DNA from: Promethearchaeati archaeon
Lineage (GTDB): Archaea > Asgardarchaeota > Heimdallarchaeia > Heimdallarchaeales > Heimdallarchaeaceae
Direction of reading: 5' to 3'
NCBI GenBank assembly: GCA_013166775.1
Contig: JABLTJ010000001.1
Location: 160,001 to 224,000, forward strand
Length of the DNA stretch: 64,000 bases
Made by a program: the position numbers and the translations under genes. Of this stretch, positions 18,317 through 28,215 are shown piece after piece; position 1 is the stretch's first letter; the number at the start of each line of letters is the position of its first letter. The notes below the pieces were generated by a model. The model saw only the letters and a list, made by a program, of their open reading frames with translations, was not told the origin of the DNA and did no database searches.

Positions 18317-20569
18317 GTGAAAAAAATGTCTTTTATTGAAAGATTACAATTAAATCCTGAAGAAAAACAAGTTTACCAACTTCTTTTAGGTGGAGGACAA
18401 TTAACTACTTTTGAAATAACGCAGTTTAGCAAGTTACATTTTTCAAAGGTAAAGGTTGCATTAGATTCTCTTCTGAATAAAGGTGCAGTTGGTGCTTCAG
18501 AAGGATATGTGAAAAAATACTACGTGAAAATCCCATTGGACTACTTGGGAGCAACAAGCGATCAACTAAGTGAGAATGTTAAAAGCACTCTTGGAAAGAC
18601 AACATCTTTTCTACAAGAAAAGAAAGGAACATTTAATCAATTGAAAGATAATCTATCTGTTAGCTTAAATGAATCAGTATCGAGAAAAGAAGCAGAATTA
18701 GATCAGAAACTAACACACACATCTTCTTCAATTAAAACCTTAAACCAGCAACAAAAAGAAGATATTAGTCAGAAAACAGGAGATTTTTCAACCAAAATAC
18801 TCTCTGATCAAGATAATCATCGAAGAAACGTTCAAACAACATTGCAGAGTGTATTTGCAGACAGCCTAAATAGCTTGAATGAATCTAAAGCTTCTATCGA
18901 TTCTTCTGTTTCTAATATTAAAGCAAAAAACGAGGAGAATCTTACTACATTCACTACAGAGATAGAGGAAAATTCTCAAGCATCCATTAACAAAATATCA
19001 GCAACTGCACAGGTAGTAAAACCGAAATTTGATGAAATGAATCAACAGTATCTAAATGACATAGATTCAACAATCGCACAAATTAAACAAAACATAGATA
19101 CTACAAAAATGGATGTAAGAGCATTCAACAGAAGTCAAACTGAGAAGTATGTTGGATATTCCACTGAAATAACTAGGGATACTGAACAAACAATAGAAGG
19201 AATTTCAGAAACAGTTTCAAGTTCTCTTACTGAATTAAACAATTCCCTTGATATGGTTTTGAACAACAAAGTAGAAGATATTTCTCTTCAAATTAAGGAA
19301 TCTCTCTCCGCTTTAAACGAGAAAGTATCACAAATTAAAATTAGTTTATTAGAAGAGCTAATGCAGCAAAAAAACCAAGCAATTTCAAGTTCAGTTTCTC
19401 AAATCAGAGAAAGTATGAACTTAAAATTCACTGATTTAGGAAACAAAGAACAAAATCAGAGGAACAATATAGTTAGTGAAAGAGATATATTCATTCAAAA
19501 ACTAGATGCAAAATATACTACTGCAATTAATGAATACAATGAAAAAATAAATGAAGTCAAAGAGACAGCAATTACTCGATTCAGTGGATTTGAGGAGAAT
19601 TTAATAGCACAAATTACTGCATCAACAGAAGAGATTGTAAACAGTATACGAGCTCAATTAGTCAAATTCAAAGAATTATCGACTCAACTAAATACAACAC
19701 TTATTCAAGATCTTGATGCAGAATCGTCATCTTTGAAAGAGAATTGGGGAGAAATATCACAAAGATTAGATTTTCTCTCTCAAGAAACTGAAACAAAGCT
19801 TAATGAAAAATATAATGAATCTAAAAGTCTACTTCAATCAACCATTTCTGAGGTTGTTTCTGGATTAAACAATCATCTTCAAAAAACAATAGAATCTGCG
19901 ATAAACATTTCGAGAGATGCAATTGATAGTTCAAAAAGCGGAATACGAGAGAGTAAGGAGCTTGTCTCTGGTAAGTTGACTGAGGAAGTTGACTCTTCTG
20001 TTAAGTTTATTGAAGCTTCAGAAAGAAAATTAACAGATACAGCTAACTATCTAATAAGTGCTACAATGAAACTAAAAAACGATTTTAGAACCTTAGAAGC
20101 CACATCAAGTGAAACGCAAATTCCTCCCGTTCAAACAACTTCAATTGTAGGATTAGAAGCTGTTTTGGATCACTTGTCTAGAATTGTAAAAGATACAAAG
20201 AGAGGAGTAACTATTATGGTACCTAAAATTGAATATATTCCAACAGAATCTATAAAGCAGCTTCCAGCTACAGCTAAAGTCACTATAATAACTAGTTTAG
20301 ATGAAGAAATGGATAGAGATTGGATAAATACTATAACAGATGTTCAAGCTAATGTGGAATTAAGAAAACTAAGGGATACAGGAACAGGTGCTGAAATGCC
20401 TCGTTTCATTGGTGTCGAACGAGAAAATGAAGAAGTTCTGATTGCTGCTCAAGATGAAGCAACGAATGAAGTTGTTGGTATTCTTAGTAGATCAACATAT
20501 TTCGCAAAATTAGTATCATACATTGTGATTTCTGATTTCGGAAGAGGAAGATCTGTCCAAATAAAATAG
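18317..20569 (+). CDS. TrmB-type wHTH + long 11-mer-repeat helical region + TrmB-like C-terminal domain
   Basis: LQLNPEEKQVYQLLL..GQLT..EI.....L....V...L..L..KG.V; ~530 aa of helical sequence almost free of Pro; C-terminal GLEAVLDHL...TKRGVTIMVP...VELRK. Confidence 0.8.
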   Translation: MKKMSFIERLQLNPEEKQVYQLLLGGGQLTTFEITQFSKLHFSKVKVALDSLLNKGAVGASEGYVKKYYVKIPLDYLGATSDQLSENVKSTLGKTTSFLQEKKGTFNQLKDNLSVSLNESVSRKEAELDQKLTHTSSSIKTLNQQQKEDISQKTGDFSTKILSDQDNHRRNVQTTLQSVFADSLNSLNESKASIDSSVSNIKAKNEENLTTFTTEIEENSQASINKISATAQVVKPKFDEMNQQYLNDIDSTIAQIKQNIDTTKMDVRAFNRSQTEKYVGYSTEITRDTEQTIEGISETVSSSLTELNNSLDMVLNNKVEDISLQIKESLSALNEKVSQIKISLLEELMQQKNQAISSSVSQIRESMNLKFTDLGNKEQNQRNNIVSERDIFIQKLDAKYTTAINEYNEKINEVKETAITRFSGFEENLIAQITASTEEIVNSIRAQLVKFKELSTQLNTTLIQDLDAESSSLKENWGEISQRLDFLSQETETKLNEKYNESKSLLQSTISEVVSGLNNHLQKTIESAINISRDAIDSSKSGIRESKELVSGKLTEEVDSSVKFIEASERKLTDTANYLISATMKLKNDFRTLEATSSETQIPPVQTTSIVGLEAVLDHLSRIVKDTKRGVTIMVPKIEYIPTESIKQLPATAKVTIITSLDEEMDRDWINTITDVQANVELRKLRDTGTGAEMPRFIGVERENEEVLIAAQDEATNEVVGILSRSTYFAKLVSYIVISDFGRGRSVQIK

Positions 20570-20681
20570 TATCTTTTCTTTTTTCATTTTTTTCTGTTAA
20601 ATCTAAAATGCATGCTGATGTAGAAGAATTTAAAAAGGGATGATAAGAGAAGCAAATTAATTAATTTAGGAGTTAGAAAAA

Positions 20682-20858
20682 ATGCCAACAGTTGTAAATG
20701 CTGAATGTTGTACTGCTTGTGAGGCTTGTATAGATATCTGTCCTGAAAATGTTTATGAACTAGTCAAAGATATTTCCGTACCAGTTAGAAAAGAAGAATG
20801 TACTGATTGTGGTCTTTGCATTGACGAATGTCCAAGTGAATGTATAGACTTTGAGTAA
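20682..20858 (+). CDS. 2x[4Fe-4S] ferredoxin (58 aa, missed by ORF track)
   Basis: MPTVVNAECCTACEACIDICPENVYELVKDISVPVRKEECTDCGLCIDECPSECIDFE*: two CxxCxxCxxxCP motifs; AGGAG upstream. Confidence 0.95.
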   Translation: MPTVVNAECCTACEACIDICPENVYELVKDISVPVRKEECTDCGLCIDECPSECIDFE

Positions 20859-20981
20859 AACATTTTCCTTTTTCTCTTATTTATATTTTTAACTAGTATT
20901 ATTTATGTTTGTATCTTCTAAAGATTCTCTTTCAACCACATATACTACAACATCTTTATTTACTAAACTCTCATTTGTAAA

Positions 20982-23957
20982 ATGACAATGGCAAACTTAG
21001 CAGGTGTATATATTAAAACTCTTTCAAGTTCTAATAGTGACAATCCTCGCTCAACAATTCTAGCTACAATCAAGAAAGAAAATGTTGTGATAAATCTATG
21101 GTCGCCTTGGCATGATATAGGTGAATATATACAACCTTTCACATCTTTTAGAGTTTTTAACGCAGAAAAAAAAGAGAAGGATGATGCTATTTTTTATTCA
21201 GTTGGTTCGAAATCAATTTTCATAGTAGATTCTGATATCTTGATTAATGCAACTGCTATAAATAGTGTGTCTTTTTGTCCTCGAAGTTACTATTTAAATG
21301 AAATTGTGGGTGAATTACCCTCTCCTTACGTAGCTATAAGGGGATCAATTGTTCATGATTGTTTGAATTCTGCTATAGTAAGTAAATCCAGACCATCAGA
21401 GGAGCTTTCGGCTGTACTAGATGCGTTTTCACTACAATATGAAAATATTGGATATACAAAAGAAGCTGTTTATCAAGATGTTCGAGAAATGGCTGAATGT
21501 CTTGATCCTTTTGTTGAGAATTTGAAAGGTCAAACTATACCTGAAATATTGTTTCTATCCCCCTTTTATGGAATTAGGGGAAGAATAGATATACTACATA
21601 ATGACCATATTTTTGAATTAAAAACAGCAAAACTAACAGAAGATAAGGAAATACGTTTTTCAGATCTACTCCAAGTAACAGCGTATCGTTATGGTTTGGA
21701 AAATTTTACTGAGCAAACTAAACCAAATGAGGGGACAGTAATCTATGTGGGTACAAAAAAAGTTGTAGAAAAGAGTGCTGCACCAAATTGGGGTTTGTTA
21801 AGATATGCAATGATTCAAAGAAACACCGCATACAGAGTTTCTTATTTAGGCTATGAACCTAATATTCTCCCACCCAAAGATAAGAATAAATGCAGAAATT
21901 GCTTTGTGAAACACTATTGTGCAATTGTGTGTGCAGGTTTAAACCAAGAACGCAATTGTTCTACATGTCATCATGAATCATATTGCACAAAAAAAACATT
22001 GCCGAAGTCTCATCAGGACTATTTCAACAAATATACACGTTGGGTAAGAGAGGAGAAAAATGAATCTCGTAGGAATTTCTCTGATTTGTGGAAACTCAAA
22101 GTTGAACAAAGAGTTGCTAAAGGTAAATCAATTGATAATTTAGTTTTGGAAAATGAAACTCAAGAAATAGGACATTCTCGTTTACTATTTTCATGCAATA
22201 ATCAGTCAGAATTGCGTGAGGGAGATATTGTTGTTCTTAGTCAAGGTGATATTCTCAAGGGATACATAGTGACAGGAGTGGTGTCTTCCATAAGCGGTTC
22301 TTCTATTGAAATTATTCTTCGTTCAATGTCAGAAAAGATTACAGTTGTGGATCAGTATTCAATTGACGTTGGTTTCAGAAGACAACAAAGAGGTCTTTTC
22401 AATCTAGTATTTCGGAAAAACAAGTACAAGGAATATGTAATTGAAGAAAAACCTCCTGATATAAAACATGCGAAAGGGAATTACATCTCCAATAACCAAA
22501 TTCAGAATCAAGCAATTGAAAGAATATTGGGGACTCAAAATTATTGTCTTATTCAAGGACCAGCGGGAACAGGGAAAACCTATGTAATTGCAAAAGCAGC
22601 TATTACTCTTGCAAACAAAGGTGAAAAAGTATTACTTGCTGCTTTTACAAATAGAGCGGTTGATAATATTTGCAAATATTTGCTGGAAAATGGATATAAT
22701 GGATTTGTAAGGCTTGGTGAAACTCACTCTATTCAATCAGAAATCCGCAACTTTACTCTGAAGGCATATAAAGAAAAGAACGTGGATAGATCCATAACAA
22801 AGATTCTTGAGGATATTCCAATTATAGTATCGACAACTTCCACAATTTCAAATCCTATTTTTGAGAAGATGGGTATTCAAACTGTAATTATCGATGAAGC
22901 CAGTCAAATGACTGAAACAACAGTTCTATCTGCACTGATTGAAGGAGATAGATTTGTTCTTGTTGGTGATCATAAACAACTCCCACCCGTTATTCAAAAT
23001 CCAAAGGTATTACAAGAAGGATTGGGGATTTCAATATTTGAAAGATTAGCAAACGCGTATTCTGGAGATATACATCTTCTGACGAGACAATTCAGAATGA
23101 ATGAAAAATTAATTGAATTTTCAAACAACGAATTTTATGATGGAAAATTGGAATCCTTTGATGAAGGGATTAGTTCACAATCTCTATCAAATTTAACTAA
23201 TTTCAAAGAGAAATTTGAAACTCTCAAAAATGCTGAAATCTACAATCCAGAAAATCCTTTAGTTTTCCTTCCAACTAAAGGTGTTTTTGTACATGATAAA
23301 AAACTCAACAAGGAAGAAGCAAGAATAATAAGTGAAGTTGTTCCAAATCTTCAGAAATTAGGATTGGAGAAAGAACAACTTGGTATAATATGTCCATACA
23401 GAGGTCAAGTTAGTGAGATTAGAAGAAATCTACCAACTGCTATTACAGTGGACACTGTAGATCGATTCCAAGGAAGTGACCGTGAAATTATAATTATCTC
23501 ATTAACAGAATCCGAATTTCATGGTAACAAAGGTTTTGCTGATAATCGTAGGTTAAATGTTGCCATTACTCGAGCAAAGAAGAAACTAATAGTTGTTGGA
23601 GATCCAGACATCAGCAAAGGAACTCTAGGTAATTACATGAATTATCTTCAAAATAATGCTAAAATAATTGGAACAATTAAACAAAAAGTTGAGTCAAAGA
23701 AACCAATTATGCAGGAAACAATAATAATTGCAGACAGAATTCTCAAAAAAGCGGAAGAAGTTGACATAGCAAAGTTGAAAGATAAAGAAACCTCAAATAA
23801 ATGTATCATCTGTCTAGAACCTGTTTATGAGAATGGGATAGAATGTCCTCTCTGTGAGCACATCTTTCATTTCAACCATCTGACAACCTGGATTAAAGAA
23901 AAAGAACGATGTCCTTTTTGTAAAACGAAATTAACTCTACTTTCTCCTTCTTCTTGA
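20982..23957 (+). CDS. dna2: Dna2-like Fe-S nuclease/SF1B helicase fused to a C-terminal RING-H2-like domain
   Basis: CPR; GRIDIL..FELKT; QVTAY; CRNCFVKHYC; QGPAGTGKT; DEASQ; GDHKQLPP; TVDRFQG; RRLNVAITRAKK; CIIC...CEHIFHFNH...W...CPFC. Confidence 0.9.
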   Translation: MTMANLAGVYIKTLSSSNSDNPRSTILATIKKENVVINLWSPWHDIGEYIQPFTSFRVFNAEKKEKDDAIFYSVGSKSIFIVDSDILINATAINSVSFCPRSYYLNEIVGELPSPYVAIRGSIVHDCLNSAIVSKSRPSEELSAVLDAFSLQYENIGYTKEAVYQDVREMAECLDPFVENLKGQTIPEILFLSPFYGIRGRIDILHNDHIFELKTAKLTEDKEIRFSDLLQVTAYRYGLENFTEQTKPNEGTVIYVGTKKVVEKSAAPNWGLLRYAMIQRNTAYRVSYLGYEPNILPPKDKNKCRNCFVKHYCAIVCAGLNQERNCSTCHHESYCTKKTLPKSHQDYFNKYTRWVREEKNESRRNFSDLWKLKVEQRVAKGKSIDNLVLENETQEIGHSRLLFSCNNQSELREGDIVVLSQGDILKGYIVTGVVSSISGSSIEIILRSMSEKITVVDQYSIDVGFRRQQRGLFNLVFRKNKYKEYVIEEKPPDIKHAKGNYISNNQIQNQAIERILGTQNYCLIQGPAGTGKTYVIAKAAITLANKGEKVLLAAFTNRAVDNICKYLLENGYNGFVRLGETHSIQSEIRNFTLKAYKEKNVDRSITKILEDIPIIVSTTSTISNPIFEKMGIQTVIIDEASQMTETTVLSALIEGDRFVLVGDHKQLPPVIQNPKVLQEGLGISIFERLANAYSGDIHLLTRQFRMNEKLIEFSNNEFYDGKLESFDEGISSQSLSNLTNFKEKFETLKNAEIYNPENPLVFLPTKGVFVHDKKLNKEEARIISEVVPNLQKLGLEKEQLGIICPYRGQVSEIRRNLPTAITVDTVDRFQGSDREIIIISLTESEFHGNKGFADNRRLNVAITRAKKKLIVVGDPDISKGTLGNYMNYLQNNAKIIGTIKQKVESKKPIMQETIIIADRILKKAEEVDIAKLKDKETSNKCIICLEPVYENGIECPLCEHIFHFNHLTTWIKEKERCPFCKTKLTLLSPSS

Positions 23958-24010
23958 AAGATAGATATTCTAATTCAAATTAATGATAACTGCGATTTTT
24001 TTTTCTGAAA

Positions 24011-24460
24011 CTAACTATATATTAGTGTCAAAATTCTCCACATGATTGTAGTATAAAGTAATAGCAATACTCCTGCGAAATAGTAAGTAAAAGCATTGAA
24101 AGTGGCTTCACGTATACTATCTTTACTAATTGGATCAGAACCCACTATTTTTTCCTTCAAATTTGAAACTACAACTGATTGACCAAAATTCCCTATGCAT
24201 GCCCCTAGAAAAATTACTAAACCTGCCTCTCCAAAAGTAAAATACTGCATAAAATAGAGAATATAAAGCATATCCTGGCTAAAACCGAAATAAAGAATTA
24301 ATCCAATTATCACATCAATTATTACAAATGCTAGAGATGTAATAAAACCTAGAAAAGCAATTCTTGGCCAATTTACTCGAATTTCTTTTTCTTCCTTCTC
24401 CTCTTCTAATTCAATATTGTCTACTTCTTTGTTTTTCCATTTTTTTTCCAGTTCATCCAT
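24011..24460 (-). CDS. Three-TM membrane protein
   Basis: Hydrophobic segments; start overlaps the ABC ATPase stop. Confidence 0.7.
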   Translation of the reverse strand: MDELEKKWKNKEVDNIELEEEKEEKEIRVNWPRIAFLGFITSLAFVIIDVIIGLILYFGFSQDMLYILYFMQYFTFGEAGLVIFLGACIGNFGQSVVVSNLKEKIVGSDPISKDSIREATFNAFTYYFAGVLLLLYTTIMWRILTLIYS

Positions 24461-25491
24461 TAGTTTTCACTGTCTTGTGTGATTACTGCACCACAATTAG
24501 AGCAGAAATTTGATTTAGTTTTCTCCAAATTTCCGCAAATCCTACATGTTCTAGCTGGTGTATTCTTGTTGAAGAGATTTGTGTATGTTATAGGTTTCAG
24601 TACAATATTTTTGTTTTCTATAGAAATTGAGAAATTTTTTGGATTATCTATCTCTTGTAATATTGATTTTGGAATAGCTAACCTATTTTGTCTGTCCACA
24701 GATAATATTCTGCTTTTGTCTAATTTTCTTAGTTGTATTTTGCTACTATGTTGACCTTGAACAATACCATCCTTCAATTCCAATATTCTATCAGCACGTG
24801 TAGCAACTTGTTGGGAGTGGGTAACTATACATATGGCAATTCCAAGTTCCTCATTAATTTTGTCAAACAAATCTAGAATATTCTCTGCTGTTACTACATC
24901 AAGATCTCCTGTGGGTTCGTCCCCGATCATTATTGTTGGATTAGTGATTAATGTTGTAGCAATAGCTGCTCGTTTTCTTTCTCCACCAGACAGTGTGTTT
25001 TGTTTCTTATTCCTTTTATCCCATATCCCTAAGAATTGCAAAAGGAATTCAGTCCTTTCTTCTATTATGTGGGATTGAACCTTTGCATAGTGTCCCGCTA
25101 ATACAATATTCTCCTCTACTGTAAGGTGTGGTAAAAGTCTGCTATCTTGAAAAATTACACCTGCAAAATTCCGTCTTGCTTTAATAATTTCTTCAAGTGA
25201 TGATCTTGTAATGTCCTTTGCTAAGTCTTTCCAGAACACTTTTCCAGAAGAAGGTTTCACCATCCCAGCAATTATAGAAACTAAAGTGGTTTTTCCAGAA
25301 CCACTTGGACCTATTAGAAATAGTTTTTCTCTCGGTAATACTTTGAAGGATACCCCTCTCAATGCTTGGGTTTCTATTTTTCCTGTCTTATAAATTTTAA
25401 TGATGTCTTCAACTTCTAGAATAGGTATTGATTCAATATCGATACTTAATGTTTCATCTCCTGATTGTATATTGATATCTGAAGGCATCAA
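24460..25491 (-). CDS. LolD/MacB-type ABC ATPase with C-terminal AbrB/MraZ-like domain and zinc ribbon
   Basis: GPSGSGKT, LSGGE, GDEPTGDLD, VTH; VDRQNRLAIPKSI; CRICG...FCSNCG. Confidence 0.85.
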   Translation of the reverse strand: MMPSDINIQSGDETLSIDIESIPILEVEDIIKIYKTGKIETQALRGVSFKVLPREKLFLIGPSGSGKTTLVSIIAGMVKPSSGKVFWKDLAKDITRSSLEEIIKARRNFAGVIFQDSRLLPHLTVEENIVLAGHYAKVQSHIIEERTEFLLQFLGIWDKRNKKQNTLSGGERKRAAIATTLITNPTIMIGDEPTGDLDVVTAENILDLFDKINEELGIAICIVTHSQQVATRADRILELKDGIVQGQHSSKIQLRKLDKSRILSVDRQNRLAIPKSILQEIDNPKNFSISIENKNIVLKPITYTNLFNKNTPARTCRICGNLEKTKSNFCSNCGAVITQDSEN

Positions 25492-25631
25492 AAAAATCTC
25501 CTTTTAAGCACTAATAAGATTGTTTATCTTGTTAAAACTTTGCTATTTACATGATTTACTAACCGCACCAATACTGAATAATCCCAAATAGAAAGAAATT
25601 AGATAATTTGTCAATTGACAAATTATCCTTT

Positions 25632-26639
25632 TTAATTTTCAGTGCTTCCTTCAAATATTAACTCTGGAGTTTGTCTTGCTTGGATAAATTCTTTGATCTT
25701 TCGAACTGGAAAATCTATGTTCTTCCACAAATTATCAATATTTCCTATTATTATTAAGAAACCATAAACAATCAAGAATGGAACCAAATTGATTAACCAC
25801 ATAGTGAAAGTAACTCCAATAGGGTGATATTGACCTCGCAACCCATACTCAAACCCATATTCTAGAAAATTATTTGTAACTCTTTCAATGAACAGAGAAT
25901 AGAATATATCTTGAAAATTTAATCTAATATCACCAGTCATCAGAGCTAAAGCTGTTCCTACTATTAAGCTACCCACAAAGATAGCAACCAAGAAAGTACT
26001 TGCTTTTGGTAGATATTTTGTTTTCTTTATTTTCTTGAATACTATGAAATTGTAAACAGCTGTAATAAAAGCACCCAATAAGATGGGTATCCAAACAATC
26101 CAGAAGTAAGTTTGCGTGCCTTTTGGACTAGGATCGTTTAATATAATTGAAGAACCATTTATGTGAACATTTGAGCCCCAAATATTAGGTGCATTGAAGA
26201 ATCTATGTTTTTGATTAAAAGCAATCTCTGAAATGGGATCTGCTCCGTTTCTGAAGAATCCACTATCAGTGAGCATGAAAAGTGTAAACCCAAATAATAG
26301 TGTTACAATTGGTGCAAAAAACCAAATTACAAAAGGCTTTGCGATAAATCTTAAGTTAGGATTTTGATTAGAATTAAGTCCATAAGTAAGAAAAATATCC
26401 ATCCAGTATCTTGGACCTTCAAAGAAACTTTCGCCTCTTAAAGTATTAGTTATACATATAGACAAGATACTTACTAACCATGTGGCGATAAGATATATTC
26501 CAAATGGTGAATGAATTTTCTTCCCAATGAATTTTAATGAAGCTAAAGACCAATCTTTCCATACTTCCCCAAACGAACGAGGACGCATATCTGTGGAATG
26601 AGCTGCTTGCTCTTGTGATTCAGTACTTTGCGAAACCAT
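25632..26639 (-). CDS. Multi-pass membrane protein, unknown function
   Basis: About 5 TM segments, 335 aa. Confidence 0.7.
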   Translation of the reverse strand: MVSQSTESQEQAAHSTDMRPRSFGEVWKDWSLASLKFIGKKIHSPFGIYLIATWLVSILSICITNTLRGESFFEGPRYWMDIFLTYGLNSNQNPNLRFIAKPFVIWFFAPIVTLLFGFTLFMLTDSGFFRNGADPISEIAFNQKHRFFNAPNIWGSNVHINGSSIILNDPSPKGTQTYFWIVWIPILLGAFITAVYNFIVFKKIKKTKYLPKASTFLVAIFVGSLIVGTALALMTGDIRLNFQDIFYSLFIERVTNNFLEYGFEYGLRGQYHPIGVTFTMWLINLVPFLIVYGFLIIIGNIDNLWKNIDFPVRKIKEFIQARQTPELIFEGSTEN

Positions 26640-26776
26640 AATTATACACGTGCCTATAAAACAATAAACATTTTAAATCTTTTCTCTTAATATTCATTTT
26701 CGTTTAAGAAAATGCTTCAACCAAAATGCTTTAAGATGTTTTTATTGTGGAAAATTTAATCCCTTGAGGAAAGCTC

Positions 26777-28210
26777 ATGACTGATGAACATGTTATAAGC
26801 TTAGTAAGCGCTGGAATTGATGTAGGAACTACAACTTCTCATTTAATTTTCTCGAAGCTTAAACTAGAGAAGGTTTTTACTCCCAGAGGTGTGAAATTCG
26901 AAGTAACAGAACGAGAAATTCTCTATAAAGGAAATATTATCTTGACTCCTCTGCTTGATGGACAAGTTATAAATTATTTAAAATTGGTTGAATTTCTGAA
27001 ACAAGAATACGAAGCAGCAAACATTTCAATAGAAGATATCGATACTGGAGCTGTTATTATAACAGGAGAAAGTGCAAAAAAGGAGAATGCAGAAGAATTA
27101 GTTAAAGCTTTAGCACATAAAGCAGGGAAGTTTGTGTGTGCAGCTGCTGGTCCTAATTTTGAGTCTGTTATCGCAGCTATGGGATCTGGGGCAGTAAATT
27201 ATTCAAAAAACGAAAAGAAAACAGTTGTGAACATAGATGTGGGTGGAGGAACTAGTAACATAGCTATTGTAAGGGACGGGGATATAGTTGATGCTGCTTG
27301 CGTTAATGTTGGCGGAAGATTATTAGCTTTTGATCGGGAAAACAAGATAATAAGAATAGAATCCCCTATAAGAATATTCGAAGATGATATAGGAGTTAAG
27401 TTTGATTATGGATTAAAACTCTCGGAAAATCAAAAAAGAATCCTAGCTAGAAAACTCGCAGAGTGCTTGTTTGAAGTGTTGAATCAGAAAATTCATTCTA
27501 ATTCTGCAAAAAAGCTTCTAATGACAAATCCATTAGATTATGAGGGGAAGATAGATGAATTTATGTTTTCAGGAGGAGTAGCAGAATATATTTACAAAAA
27601 AACTGATCATGATTACAAGGATTTAGGTAATTATCTTAGTGATGAAATTCAGCGAATAATTAGAGAAACCGGAATAGTGATTCATGAACCAACAGAATTG
27701 ATCCGAGCAACAGTCATTGGAGCTGGGCAGTATACACTACAAGTATCTGGTGTTACTACTCATATTTCAGATCCAGATGTTTTACCTTTGCATAATTTGC
27801 CAGTAATAGAACCCAAAATTAACACCAAGAATATTACTGAAAATAATATTACAAATTCTATTCTAAAGAGTCTTGATCTATTTGATATTGAAGAAGGAGA
27901 TGAAATTGTTGCTCTCTTATTCAAAGGTGCTATTGGTGGTTCTTACGCAGGATTAACTACTTTTACTAAAGGAGTAGCCAATGCTTTGCAAAATACAATA
28001 AGAAAAGAAAAACCTGTTATCATGGTTTTTGATAGAGATGTGGGAAATTCTGTTGGAAATGTTATGATGAGAGAAACGACTGCAACAAAGAATATAATTT
28101 CAATAGATGAAATTTTAGTTGAAGAGGGAGATTTCATTGATATTGATATACCAAAAGCTGAAGGACAAGTAGTTCCTGTTGTTATAAAATCCCTGATTTT
28201 TTCAAACTAG
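26777..28210 (+). CDS. eutA: Ethanolamine ammonia-lyase reactivating factor EutA
   Basis: SAGIDVGTTTSHLIFS, TGAVIITGESAKKENA, AGKFV.A.AGP..ES, NIDVGGGTSN, IRATVIGAG, VPVVIKSL.F. Confidence 0.92.
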   Translation: MTDEHVISLVSAGIDVGTTTSHLIFSKLKLEKVFTPRGVKFEVTEREILYKGNIILTPLLDGQVINYLKLVEFLKQEYEAANISIEDIDTGAVIITGESAKKENAEELVKALAHKAGKFVCAAAGPNFESVIAAMGSGAVNYSKNEKKTVVNIDVGGGTSNIAIVRDGDIVDAACVNVGGRLLAFDRENKIIRIESPIRIFEDDIGVKFDYGLKLSENQKRILARKLAECLFEVLNQKIHSNSAKKLLMTNPLDYEGKIDEFMFSGGVAEYIYKKTDHDYKDLGNYLSDEIQRIIRETGIVIHEPTELIRATVIGAGQYTLQVSGVTTHISDPDVLPLHNLPVIEPKINTKNITENNITNSILKSLDLFDIEEGDEIVALLFKGAIGGSYAGLTTFTKGVANALQNTIRKEKPVIMVFDRDVGNSVGNVMMRETTATKNIISIDEILVEEGDFIDIDIPKAEGQVVPVVIKSLIFSN

Positions 28211-28215
28211 ATGGT

